NCBI RefSeq assembly: GCF_006345805.1
Contig: NC_043005.1
Coordinates: 5,828,001 to 5,892,000, forward strand
Reading direction: 5' to 3'
Length of the DNA: 64,000 nt
From: Octopus sinensis
Taxonomy: Eukaryota
A program made the position numbers and the translations under genes. Below, in pieces: positions 51,467 through 64,000 of the stretch (within the stretch, counting starts at the first letter, position 1; each line of letters opens with the position of its first letter). The notes beneath the pieces were generated by a model that saw only the letters and a program-made list of their open reading frames with translations, was not told the origin of the DNA and made no database searches.

Positions 51467-52651
51467 CTTAAAACTGTCTGATGCCGGGCTCATACCTCCT
51501 GATCCACAACTCCCTTAAGACAACCTCCATACCCAATCTTCTATAAAAACAATGTGTCTGGCCATGGAGAAATAATATCATGCTTGGAAACAGGTGAGGT
51601 TGGCAATAGGAAAAGGTCCGGCCATAGAAAATCTGTTTCAATGAGTTCCACCTGCCCCTTGCAAAGATGGAGAAGCAGATGTTAAATGATGATGATGGTG
51701 GTTTTTGGTGACAGTGACGATATTGGTGGTGGTGGTGGTGGTGATGATGACGATGACAAGACTTTTGAATTTTGCTGAACTGATACTTTAAGAAACATTA
51801 TTGTTAGAAAATAAATATTTTGCAAGTAAAAATCATTGAATTTAATAGAATTTTTTTCCTATAACTTTGACAATTCTTCTAAAAATTGATGCAAAGAAAA
51901 CACAGAATCAAACATTCCAAACTGAGAATATGATTTGAGAAAACTGAAATTTCATAACTAGAAAGAAATATTAAAAAATTCTTTCTAAAGAATATGATCA
52001 AAATAGTTGGAATTGTTTTTTTATGACACAGTCCTGCTAGTCTTCAAATAATCTACAATTGTGATATGATATTTTGGAATGTTATCTTCCAAATTTTTTT
52101 TATAGAATTGTCAGAAAGTTAGTCTGTTATTATATTTGTCTTGTGTTTTGTTATTTCTTCAATACTTGTAAGAATCTGTCTCTCTAAACACAGCCCCCTC
52201 TCACTCTTTCCCTCTCTCTGTGTAGTCTCCACACTTCTTTCCCCTATACCTATATCATTTTCGATGAACAAAAGAAGCATTATTATTATTCAGTAACAAG
52301 CGTCACTTTCTTCTTGTGGAACTGGCTGGCAGCACAGGAGTACAACAGCTGCTAAAATTCTCTAAATACATCTGCTCTCTTCTTCCATCTTCCCCCGCCT
52401 CCTGAAAGAAACCTGTCATATACTATATATATATATATAATAATTATATATATAATATATATATATATAATATATATATATATACTGTCGTTATGTTCCG
52501 AGTTCAAATTCCGCTGAGGTCAATTTTGCCTGTCATCCTTTCGGGGTCGATAAATTAAGTACCAGTTACGCACTGGGATTGATGTAATTGACTTAATCCC
52601 TTTGTCTGTCCTTGTTTGTCCCCTCTGTGTTTAGCCTCTTGTGGGTAGTAA

Positions 52652-52701
<50 letters not shown>

Positions 52702-53321
52702 TATTCCTGTATGTTATATATTTAATAATTACTGGTATCTTTATTTTATATGTAAAGCATAATGTGTTATACATGTATGTATATTGTTGTAATTGTCATT
52801 TTAGTAAACAAATAAATGAATAGACATAATATAATGTCTAAAAGTTGATGAATACCACCTATTGATCCCCTCCATTTTCTTACTGTTCTCCTCCCCTCTC
52901 TCTCTCTCTATATATATATATACCATTATACACACACACATATATAAATCTACAAACTATGTGTGTGTATGCGTGTGTGGGGACCTAATGGTTAGAATAT
53001 TGCACTCATAATCACAAGATTGTGGTTTCAATTCCCAGACTAACCGTGCATTGTGTTCTTGAGCAAAACACTTCATTTCACTTAGCTGTAAGTGTGCAAC
53101 CTTGTGACAGACTGGCATTCCATTCAAGGGGAATGTTGTCCTGCCCTCTTAACCAGTAGGCATCATTTGAAAGCTACAACAACGTGTGGAAGCACATTGT
53201 GACCAGTGATGTACAACAATATTCAATAGTGTAGTTGTTGCCTGTTTTATATCAGTGACTTTTCGTCACTGGAAAAAGGATATATATATTTGCATTGGGA
53301 ACCACTTCACATTGACAACCG

Positions 53322-53380
53322 GTGATTGTCACATGCTGATGACGGGTCAATACCCAGAAACTTGGGTCCGTGTGTATCAC
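53322..53380 (+). ncRNA. Type I hammerhead ribozyme motif with canonical core
   Basis: Stem I cacatg/cgtgtg (extended by gtgat/atcac), CTGATGA 53336-53342, stem II c-gggt-caat-accc-a, GAAA 53357-53360, stem III c-ttgg-g, GTC cleavage triplet 53366-53368. Confidence 0.8.
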
Positions 53381-54355
53381 GTCAGGTTGGAGATGGGAAG
53401 GACGACTTCCCTTTGCAAATACTGATAGGGCACAGACAGTGTGTCAATAGCCAGTTGAAGGGGCTACAAGCTACAGTTGTATCAGCCCGTAAAGGTTAGC
53501 TGGTGAGTCACATTTAAGTGGCAAATATACTTCATGATGTCATGCAGCTACAGTTTATACCTTGCTCAGAGATTTATTATTCTCTCTCTCTCTCTCTCTC
53601 TGTATATATATATATATATATATATATCATCATCATCATCATCATCTTCAGTTAATGCCCATTTTCCATGCTGGCATGAGTTGGACAGTTTGATAGGAGC
53701 TGGTCTGCCGAAGAGTTGGCCAGACTCCATGTCTGTTCTGGCATGGTTGCTATGGCTGGATGCCCTTCCTAACACCACCCACTTTACAGAGTGTACAGAG
53801 TGCTCTTAGCGCAGCACTGCATGGCTACTTTTACGTGGCACCAGTATGGGTGCTTTTTATGTGGCACCAGCACCCGTGAGCCCACAAGATTAGGAATGCT
53901 CAGCAAGCAAGGGGACATGCCTGGATGCATGGACAACCATGATTTTACAATAGATATGAAGAACAACACAAAAGGGATTTAAAACTTTTCTGCAGCTGTT
54001 TTGGTAGAACTTTATTGATGTATTCCTAGATTACATCACAGCATAAATCCACAATCTTCAGGTAAAATTTTAAACAGGTATAAGCAAGTGAGATAAAACT
54101 TTGATAATTACATATCCAACAAACAACAATTTTCTGCTCAACTTTCTCAGTCAAGGTCAATGCAGCAATCACACGCTATACAGAAGCTCTTTTGCAGGAA
54201 ATAATTTCCGGCATTTCTGGACTCTAGGAGTCTCAGGACAGGAAAAAAAAAAAATGCTTCTCATTATATTAACATGTTAAAAACAAATATGTCGCCAGTG
54301 TTGGAAAAATAAGGTCCACAAAAGAATGCAACAGGCAGAGGAATCATGCATATGC

Positions 54356-54406
<51 letters not shown>

Positions 54407-54741
54407 ACATTCACACACACACACACTATTTATAGAAAAAGCAAATAACACTTGTACAGAGTATTACTTCCTAAGCCTCGATGGTAAAGTAACAGACTAA
54501 CATTTATTGGTTTTTAATTAGTCTTCTCGAGGTATTTTTTCACCTAAGTGCACAACAACTGTTACGGCTGTTCTTATAAATGATGAAATATTTGGGTTTA
54601 TCACATTGAGTATATAATCTGATAGAAGAGAGGGAAGGAGTTTACTTCTGATACGTGATATGAAGGAAATATACGTGATCATACTTCGCAGCAAGTCTCC
54701 CGCTGTGGCGTGACAAATTCTCGGTTTCAATAAAAATATAA

Positions 54742-54781
<40 letters not shown>

Positions 54782-55629
54782 CGTGTGCGTGAATGTTTAG
54801 TTAAGTAAGATTCGGGGTAAAAATCTTGTAGAATAGCTCGTCCACGCATTTTACACCTTGGATACATGATAATGGTAACATGGATAACACAACATCTCAC
54901 CAATATACTAAAGACATAAAAACGTCTCGAAACAAATGTGATTTTAGATAACGAATATCGTCAATTCTATTGTCTGTCATCTATCTATCTATATTTAGCT
55001 GGAAGGTCATGCCTCTGGCCCTTTTAATACAAATTCCTGCTTCTCATGAGTCGCAAATAAAACGATGGAAATAATACCAAAACCGAGCTTTCGTTTAACT
55101 GCGATGCTTTATTCTTCAGCTGAATAAAATTATACAACGAACCAGATTAGTACATCACGAAGAAAATGTGAACTATAGCAAATCGTTCATAATTAGCTTT
55201 TCTATCTCAGTCGAACTTGGACACATAGACTTCAACAGGTGAAAATGGAAAACTTTCTGCTATTTATTAAAAAAAAAAAACTTGTTCAAACCAACATTTT
55301 CAGTTTGCAACATCCGGTGGTCTATTGTGCAACGCGATTTTATATGCACTTCGTATCCTGCGTAAAACTAGACCAATCTAAATGCCTGACCTGATAAAAT
55401 CTTTCCGAAAATAGTAGCTGAAAAACAGGAAAAGAAAACTGAAAGCAGTAGAAATGCACGAACGATTATGGTGGTGCCATGAAGTAAACATGCTTCAGAT
55501 ACAATTGTTTATTCATACAAACGTAACTGAGATGAAATATGTCATAAATAACACTGAAAAAGGAAATATACACTGCCGGAAGTTGTTGTTGACAAACAAC
55601 GACAGTAATTTTATTCAGCTGAATACACG

Positions 55630-55819
55630 TTATTGATTGGTTGAAATTACCGAAATACGACAACTTTAAAACGAAATAACTTCGTAAATATAAACTTTTC
55701 CTAAAAACGCCAAAAGTTAAAGATGTTTTATATGACACATTCTACCAGTGTCCGAAGTTTGAAAGCGTTTAGTTACGAAAAATTAATTTCTCGATCTGCC
55801 GTTCAAAGGGAAAAGATCC
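55630..55819 (+). mobile_element. Right half of a diverged member of the 661-1089 MITE family
   Basis: gattggttgaaatt...cacattctaccag...ctgccgttcaaagggaaaagatcc aligns by eye with 900-1089. Confidence 0.7.
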
Positions 55820-57727
55820 TCTTCTACTATAGTAGCTTCGGGCCGACCAAAGCCTTGTGAGTGGATTTGGTAGACGAAAACTGAAAGAAGCCCGTCATAT
55901 AGATATATATGCTCGCTGATTGTAGACAAAAGCCTCATTGTTCGTATAGACCACTGGTTCTCAACCAGTTCTTTTTGACCTATGGACGTCTTTGGTTCCC
56001 ATTTTACTCCAATGGACCCTTGTAGCCATTCGATGTATTAAAAATCTTATGATATTTTTATAATTAAACATTAACAGGAATTGTATATAACATTAAAATA
56101 TTTTGTGTGTTGTAGAAGTATGACCAATTTATTGCAGATAAATTTCAACAGCAAAACCTCACGTGGACGCCAAGGGTCATAGAGATCCCGGTTGATGAGA
56201 ACCTCTGATATGGACGGGATCGGTTGTTTCCAGTTCTTCACATAATTATGTCTGGACTGTTTCTTCCTTGATAGAGTGAGCGAACTTATTACTTTGCTTG
56301 GAAACAGATAAGAATTGACGCCAGGAAAAAGTTCAGGCCTTGGAAAACTCTGTTCCAACTTAAGCTCGTCTAACTCGAGCAAAGTTGGAAAAGCAGACGT
56401 TAAAACGATGATGATGGTGATGGTGGCGAAAATTGAAACTTTCTCTTTTGCTGCTTGTCAACGTTTGTCAAAACTGCCTTCAAAAATGATTGATTGGAAA
56501 AATGTCAGCAGGGGCTTTGATAAAGTTCAAGCATACAGCGTAACTGGCTCTGGTCACCATCATTAAATATGGTAATATTAAATCTACTTGCTAATTGCAA
56601 AAGGGTTTAACTTTAAACCAAAATGTTGAAAGTTCAAATCCGTGGAAACTCTCTTCAATTATGTAGTTAAGCTAAAAGTAGAATGCTGGTATGGCAAAAA
56701 TATTTGATGATAGTTTTATAGCCGGTCATCATTTTTTATAGCCAGTTTGGTGACTGCTTATAGCCACGTTTTGTTACCGTTTGTGTAACACTACTTTTAT
56801 ATGTTTACTATTTGGAATTAGATAATAAATATATTTTACTTTTGAAGGGGGAATATATATTGATAAACCCGTCACTTATAACTTACTTATAAGTGTTATC
56901 ATTATATGTAAATCCCGACTCCAGCTACATAAACGCTATAGTGAGAAATATATACTCTGAAACGCTAACAGACATTTTATGCGTGCATGTATGTTGAAGA
57001 AGAACAAATTCATGTTCTTTTAACAGCTATAAAAAATACAGTTTCATAATTGCAGAAATAAATTTCATTAACAAGTTAAATTTCATTAACAAGAACGTGA
57101 AGAAAGAGAAAATAATTACTACATTAGTTTATGCACATTTAGCATTTATAGTACAATTGGAAAGTAAAGTCATTTTGTTGTAGTAATTAAGTCGTAATTT
57201 TGTTGTAGAGAATTACGACTTAAAATTCACACTAGCTAATCTTTCATACTAACTACGAGAGTTCACAGCAATTCAAATAAGTCTTGTTGGATTTTTAGCA
57301 TAGACATGGCATAAAAAATAGCCAATATCTCAATGATAGAGTGTCGTGGAGTTTAGTAACACCCAACGAACACTGAGTAATTTCCCCCAAATCAGGGTTT
57401 TTATAACTGCTCATATCTAAATTCTAAGAACCGTATTTCGTGAACTATTTCTTTGACGAAAGTTTAGAATTTGTATATGGGCAGTAATTTTAACCAACGG
57501 GATACCAACAATTATGTTTGTTCGGGCAAACGAACATTACGTCATATTGCTGCCTTTTATGACTGGCTTACAATAGTTACAAGTATGTAACTATTTTTGT
57601 AAGATCGTATGCGTGCGCGTGATTGTTTGTCTTTTATGTCAAATTATGTATGAAAACATTTTAGCATTAAACTAAAGGATTACTCAATACTTTTTTGTAG
57701 AATACGTGTTTATTAGACTTTTATAAG

Positions 57728-57771
57728 ATAGTGATTTTGAAGTTTCAGCTTGGTCACCTTCGTCAGACCGT
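57728..57771 (-). ncRNA. Degenerate minimal type I hammerhead motif, Penelope-like terminus
   Basis: Minus strand acggt-CTGACGA-aggtgaccaagct-GAAAc-ttcaa-aATC-actat, followed by AATAAA; stems partly decayed. Confidence 0.45.
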
Positions 57772-57781
57772 ATGTGTGTGT

Positions 57782-57825
<44 letters not shown>

Positions 57826-58151
57826 CAGGAAAGTATACATGCATATTTATATATATATGTACGTACATACATTCATACCCATATACACAAGCCGCACGCG
57901 AACACTGAGAGACGCATGAAAAGAAGGATGTACCTGGCAAATTGCTCTTAGTTCACAGTCAACCGTCTTACAAAAAAAAAAAAAAAAAGAGCACACTAGC
58001 TGATGTAGTCCTTGATATACTGCATCTTACAGAATGGAGACACGATTGTCATCAGAGGTCTGCTTGATCAAAATGCTGACTGGAGGTAAACAACAGCAAC
58101 AACTAAAAGAGTTTCTGAGGCAGAGTTTCACAAGCGCCCACCCCACACACA

Positions 58152-58779
58152 CAACGATTGTTTCCGCATAAATGGATATTTTTCTAATGAAATTTTCTAC
58201 AAATACACTTCATCAGGTGTAGATTACGATTGCATCGGAATTTGTTGTGAAAAATAATTTCCGTTGGATGCGTGAGGAGAGTTTCGGAAAATTCGCGAGT
58301 AACGGATTTGTTTCTTCATAACTCAGAGAAAAAAGGGTATTTTTTTAAAATAAAATTTTCTACGAATATCTTTCGGGGTGTGCAGATTACGATTATATCA
58401 GAATTTAATATGGAAAAAGATGTAGGGCATGCCACATACATACTGACACACAACACAATTTTGGGGAAATTTCAAGTTTCATTTTCTAAATATATAATGT
58501 GCGCCAGTATATATGTGTGCGCACAACAATTATATTTTTTCAAATTAAATTGTAATCTACACACTCTCAAAGGTATTTGTAGAAAATTTCACTGAAAATC
58601 ATGAGGAAACAAAACCGACACGTGTGAGTTTCCCGAAATTCTTCTCCCAAGACCCGGAAAGACATTTTTTCACACCAAATTCCGATATAATCGGAATCTA
58701 TTCCGACTGAAGCGTATTTGTAGAAAATTTCATTAAAAAGATGTCCATTTTTCTGAAAGTGATGAGGAAACAAAAGTTG
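58152..58779. mobile_element. Fold-back/MITE-like element with long imperfect TIRs and subterminal repeats
   Basis: About 43-bp near-perfect inverted repeat (aaatgga.at.ttt.taatgaaattttctacaaatac.cttca); two direct then two inverted copies of an attttctac..atac...gtagattacgatt unit. Confidence 0.7.
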
Positions 58780-58862
58780 GAGCGTGTTAGGTACATTTAT
58801 GTAGGTATGCTCTTCCTGAATGGTACACCAACGAAAAAAATTACCTTCAGTTTTATTAGTGA

Positions 58863-59693
58863 CTAGCAGCATAGCCCGGCGTTGCCCGGGTATGTAAGAG
58901 CCCCTAGTAGGCAACGACTAATCCCAATCTAGTCCTTTCCCTCTAGGGAACGAAGGCGCATGTGTAGGTTGCAATGTCTTCTCTTCACTCGAATACTTCT
59001 GTGTATACGATGTTCCTAGCTGTCCCTTTGGGCGAAAACATGAAAACATCATTGCGCCTCCCAAGAGAGTTAAAAAGGTCGAGTCGCGTCTCCTAAACAG
59101 TCTGTGGTTTGTGTTTAATACACAAATCGGTTTGCTATGTGTGCCACATATGATTTAATTAACCGATTTTTTCCAGTAATAAAGTATCCTATTGGAATAA
59201 AAAGGGCCATATAGCTCCTTGGAGCAGACATGATGCTCGCCGTGAATTAAAAAAAAAATTCCTGCCAATTTGTGAAAGATATTGTCGAAAATATGTCATA
59301 TTGAATTTGAACACGATTTCCCAAAATGGCATGATTTTATCGATTTTTTCTGATGGTAAGGTATTGCATGGAAAACTAACGTCAGAATTAAGTTTCTTAG
59401 GGTAACATTAAGCTTCACCATGAGTTTGGTGAAAATCGATTGCAAGTTGCGAAAACTACAACAGAAAATGTGTTGCAAATAAAAAGCTTAGATTCTCGAC
59501 CCCATGTCGAATTTATCGATTTATTTCAGAACTGGGGGAACTTTTCAACATTTTTGCTGCGTTCGTTTTGAATTATGACATTGGGCTATGTGTGTGTTAA
59601 ATTTCATCAGAATCGGTTGAAAGCCGTGGTCAGGGTGAGGGTACAACCTGACAGACACACAGACAGACAAACTGCCGTTTATATAGAGAGAGA
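58863..59693 (-). mobile_element. Complete non-autonomous Helitron (831 bp)
   Basis: Minus strand A|TC...CTAG|T insertion signature, subterminal hairpin CCCGG-GCAACG-CCGGG 8 nt before CTAG, (CTGT)n near the 5' end. Confidence 0.85.
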
Positions 59694-60144
59694 TGCGGCC
59701 CGCCTAATGATGAGCCATGCCTCATGCGGCCCGCTTCTGGTAAAAGGTTGACCATACCTGAACTACATTAAGATTAACACTTTCTGTAATGACAACAGAA
59801 TGCCCTCATCCCCGCCACCTACAAGCTTAGTCATCATCGCCGAGCGACTGACCTGGGGATAAATGCCAAGCGTCAACACCGCCGCCGCCACCGCCGCCAC
59901 CACCACCATCTTGTCAACAGGAATTAGACCAAACGAATTACATCCCGTGTCTGTTTCCTTTTTTTGTTTTTGTGTGTGCTTGTTATATTTGCGATGATGG
60001 AATAAAAGACATGACTGCACACTTGTAATATTCTTACTCACTGGCAATCGATATCTACCGACATTGTCAATATCTACCTTGACCAGGAACTCACCATCAC
60101 CACAAATATCACACACACACACACACACTCTTTCTTTCTTTCTT

Positions 60145-60180
<36 letters not shown>

Positions 60181-60299
60181 TGTGTGTGTATCTATCTATA
60201 TATCCATCCACCCATCCATCCATCCATCCATCCATCCACCCATCCATCCATCCATCCATCCATCCATCCATCCATCCATCTATCTATCTATCTATCTAT

Positions 60300-60520
60300 C
60301 TGCTGGCAGAAACGTTAGCACGCCGGACGAAATGCGTAGCCGTATTTCGTCTGCCGTTACATTCTGGGTTCAAATTCCGCCGAGGTCGACTTTGCCTTTC
60401 ATCCTTTCGGGGTCGATAAATTAAGTACCAGTTACGCACTGGGGTCGATCTAATCGACTTAATCCCTTTGTCTGTCCTTGTTTGTCCCCTCTGCGTTTAG
60501 CCCCTTGTGGGTAGTAAAGA
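60300..60520 (+). mobile_element. SINE family A, full-length CpG-intact copy
   Basis: gctggcagaaacgttagcacgccggacg...gggtagtaaagaaata. Confidence 0.85.
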
Positions 60521-60558
60521 AATATATCTATCTATCTATCATATATATATTATGTATG

Positions 60559-60590
<32 letters not shown>

Positions 60591-60831
60591 TATGTATGTA
60601 TGTGTATGTGTGTGTGTGTAATTTATTTTATTAGTTGTCTTTGTTATTGGCTCGCGGCCAAGCTGGAGTACTGCTTTCAGGGATTGTCAGTCAATAATAT
60701 CGACCAGGTACTTCGTCTGGTATTTATTTCATTGATCTCGTAAGATAGAATATGAATATGCGGGATTTTGATCACCCCATGCTGGTATAAACACACACAC
60801 ACAAAACTCGTCTTTGTTGTGTGTGTGTGTG

Positions 60832-60869
<38 letters not shown>

Positions 60870-61814
60870 TTTGCTATCGAAAAATTCTGACATACAATTT
60901 ATGGCAAACAGCTGCTCGAATCAAAGTTTAGCAAATATTGAAACACGGGAAAGCGTTTTGAAAAAAGGTTATGGTGTTTCTGAATATATACAGGTGCAGG
61001 CGTGGCTGCATGGTATGCAACTTGCTTCCCAACTACATGGTTCCGGGTTCTGTCGGCACCTTGGACAAGTGTCTTCTGCTATATCCTTGGATTGACCAAG
61101 GCCTTGTGATTGGATTTGGTAAACGGAAACTGAAAGAAGCCCGTCGTATATACATATATCTATGTGCGTGTGTGTGTCTTTGTGTTAGTCCCCACCACCG
61201 CTTGACAGCTGGTGTTGGTGTATTTAAGTCCCCATAACTTAGAGGTTCAGCAAAAGGAACCGATAGAATAAGTATCAAGCTTAAAAAAAGCACTAGTCAA
61301 CTAAGAATTCTTCAAGGCAGTGATCCAGCATGGCCGCAGTCAAATGACTGAAATGTTATATATACTCGTTTACTTGTTTCAGTCATTTGACTGTGGCCAT
61401 GCTGGAGCACTGCATTTAGTCAACCAAATCGACCCCAGGACTTATTCTTTGTAAGCCTAGTACTTATTCTATCGGTCTCTTTTGCCAAACCGCTAAGTTA
61501 CGGAGACGTAAACACACCAGCATCGGATGTCAAGCAATGTTGGGGGGACAAACATATACACACACATACACACATATATACATATATACGACGAGCTTCT
61601 TTCAGTTTCCGTCTACCAAATCCTGTCACAAGGCTTTGGTCGGCCCGAGGCTATAGTAGAAGACACTTGCCCAAGGTCCCGTGCAATGGGACTGAACTCG
61701 GAACCATGTGGTTTGTAAGCAAGCTACTCACCACGCAGCCACTCCTACGTCTGTATATATAACCTTTCAGTCATATGACTGCGGCCATGATGGGGCCTTG
61801 AAGAACTTTTTGTC

Positions 61815-62012
61815 CAGTGGTTTTCAACCATTTTTGCCTATGGACCCCTTTCATTCCTATTTTACTTTACTGGACCCTAATAAACTTATATTAAAAAAAA
61901 GTTCCATTATATTTTTATAATTATCTTAAAGAATTATATTTAATAAATTATTAAAATAATTTGTTTATTCTAGAAGTATAACCAGTTGTTTGAACCCAGT
62001 TGAGAACCACTG
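61815..62012. mobile_element. hAT (Charlie-like) MITE
   Basis: TIR CAGTGGTTTTCAAC/GTTGAGAACCACTG; no TSD preserved; related end at about 55952. Confidence 0.7.
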
Positions 62013-62161
62013 AAGGGGGACAGATATTATTTGAAATAGCTGAGTGTGTTTATATATGTATGTGTGTGTGTGTGTATGTGTGTGTGTGTGTGTGTGTGTG
62101 CATATGTGTATGTGTATCAATAGTGGAAATATGTTTTGAAAGTGCTGTGATCGAATTTCAC

Positions 62162-62319
62162 CTGCACCCGCGCAACTGCTCCATAACTCTCATAGTATAT
62201 CTGGTAGCTGCCGTTGTCTTTTTTTTTTTAGCGTCATTAGTTCGAATGGTTGTCGTGGGCGGGGTCGTCATCTGTTTTCTCTGTCCCTGCTTCGACAGAT
62301 TGCTGCTGCAGCTGGATAC
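62162..62319 (-). CDS. Candidate exon of an unidentified gene (VSSCSSNLSKQGQRKQMTTPP...TRYTMRVMEQLRGC)
   Basis: tactttctacag| acceptor, GCAG|gtgaaa donor, only the phase-0 frame is open, GC-richer than its flanks. Confidence 0.25.
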
Positions 62320-62499
62320 CTGTAGAAAGTACTAACATCAACTGAGCCATTCACTTCATCAATGTTCTGGTCTTTAAACGCTTCACTGGGTTTGCTAGAA
62401 CGGGGGCTGACCTTGACTAATCACCAACAACAAAACCCACCATTGTTACTACGGCAAGCAATCACCGTTAACATCAATAGTACTATTACAGTTAAATAC

Positions 62500-63100
62500 C
62501 ACCACCACCATCAACAACAACAACAATAACAGTAACTACCATCACTACCACCACCACCACCACCACAACTAGCACCACTAATAACAACAACAACCACTAC
62601 CACCACCACCACCACCAACAACAGCAACCCCCACCACCAACAACAGTAACTACCACCAAAACCACTACCACCACCACCATCACTACCATCACCACCACCA
62701 CCAACAACAACAACAACAGTAATTACCACCACCACCAGCAACAACAACCATTGCTACCATTACACAACCAATGCTACCACTATCACCACTACTACCGCCC
62801 ACGCTTCTGCCAACACCACCCACCACCGCCATCGCCACCACCATTAACATCCCATCCCACTTCTATTGTCTGATGCACCGCTATCACCATCGCCATGATT
62901 ACACTGGCCATCACCACCACCACCACTCTCGCCACCATCAGCACCACTATAATCAACGCCACCACCACCACCACATCGACCCCAATAATCACCACCACCA
63001 CTACCATCGCCACCACAACCACCATCACAATCCCCACCACAACCATAATCACCACCACCACCAACACAACAACCACCATCACCACTACCACCTGCACTAT
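62500..63100. repeat. Degenerate (ACC)n/(AAC)n low-complexity region
   Basis: Direct reading. Confidence 0.9.
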
Positions 63101-63645
63101 ATGCCTCTACTACTTACTGCTGCGAGTCGTACCTGGCCATGCGGCCTGGTAGAAATAGCAGCTAAATATCCTCCGACCAAACCCTACCTTCTTAAGAAAT
63201 AAAAACAAAAACAAATAGAACATTGAATAACAATGTAATGCTTAGATACAGCACATGGGGGGGGGGGACTGAATATCATCATCATCATCATCATCATCAG
63301 CATCAGCAGCAGCAGCATAAGCAACAACAACAACAACAATAACGGTATTTAGGGCTTTGGTTAAAAACACTAAAAGCAAATGAAAAAGCAGGAATCAGGC
63401 ATGAGCGCTCGGTGTAGCCGAGGCTTAAAGCAGACAGCAATGATGCATCGGAGAGTGTGACTAATGCATCGCACAATGCAGTGCAGCTCGCTGCAACAGG
63501 GTGTGGAGAAGAAAGGGGGGGGGGATCTGTGTGTTTTTATACAGGAATGGAAGGTGACCGACAGATTGACTGATTGAGTCTCTGTTCGATTGATGTAACT
63601 TGTGTGCGTAGGACATTGACCATACACTGATTATACGTGTGTATA

Positions 63646-63746
<101 letters not shown>

Positions 63747-64000
63747 ATGGGGTTCCTACATGTATATGTGTGTGTGCACATATTTGCATATATGAGTATA
63801 TATGAATATATATATACGTATATTTATACGTATATATGTGTTGGCTGTGTGGTAAGTAGCTTGTTTATCAACCACATGATTTTGGGTTCATTCTCACTGT
63901 AGTGTCTTCTACTATAGCCTTGGGCCGACCAAAGCCTTGTGAGTGGATTTGGTAGATGGAAACTGAAAGAAGCCCGTCGTATATATATATTATATATATA

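Overview
Eukaryotic, AT-rich, repeat-dense genomic DNA. The SINE families and microsatellite load look like a coleoid cephalopod, probably Octopus (inference from pattern recognition). The one well-supported protein-coding gene is a plus-strand C19orf44/DUF4614 homologue, rebuilt by hand from 8 phase-compatible GT-AG coding exons (19666-43333, 2106 nt, 701 aa). A second, convergent minus-strand gene is suggested by a candidate terminal exon at 43823, a candidate internal exon at 51317-51466 and back-to-back poly(A) signals. The rest is tRNA-derived SINEs, 3' fragments of CR1, RTE, R4/Dong-like and CRE-like LINEs, MITEs (Merlin-like, mariner, hAT), a complete non-autonomous Helitron, fold-back repeats and microsatellites. 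Almost all ORFs in the supplied track are microsatellite or TE artefacts. The most interesting signals are three unrelated type I hammerhead ribozyme motifs: a canonical one at 53322-53380 (+), a decayed minimal one at 57728-57771 (-), and an atypical G3-C8 core variant at 23899-23949 (-) in the loop of a 97-bp inverted repeat. Two RFX X-box motifs and an unexplained structured GC-rich island lie at 3.1-4.7 kb. All calls are by eye; no database search or folding program was run.
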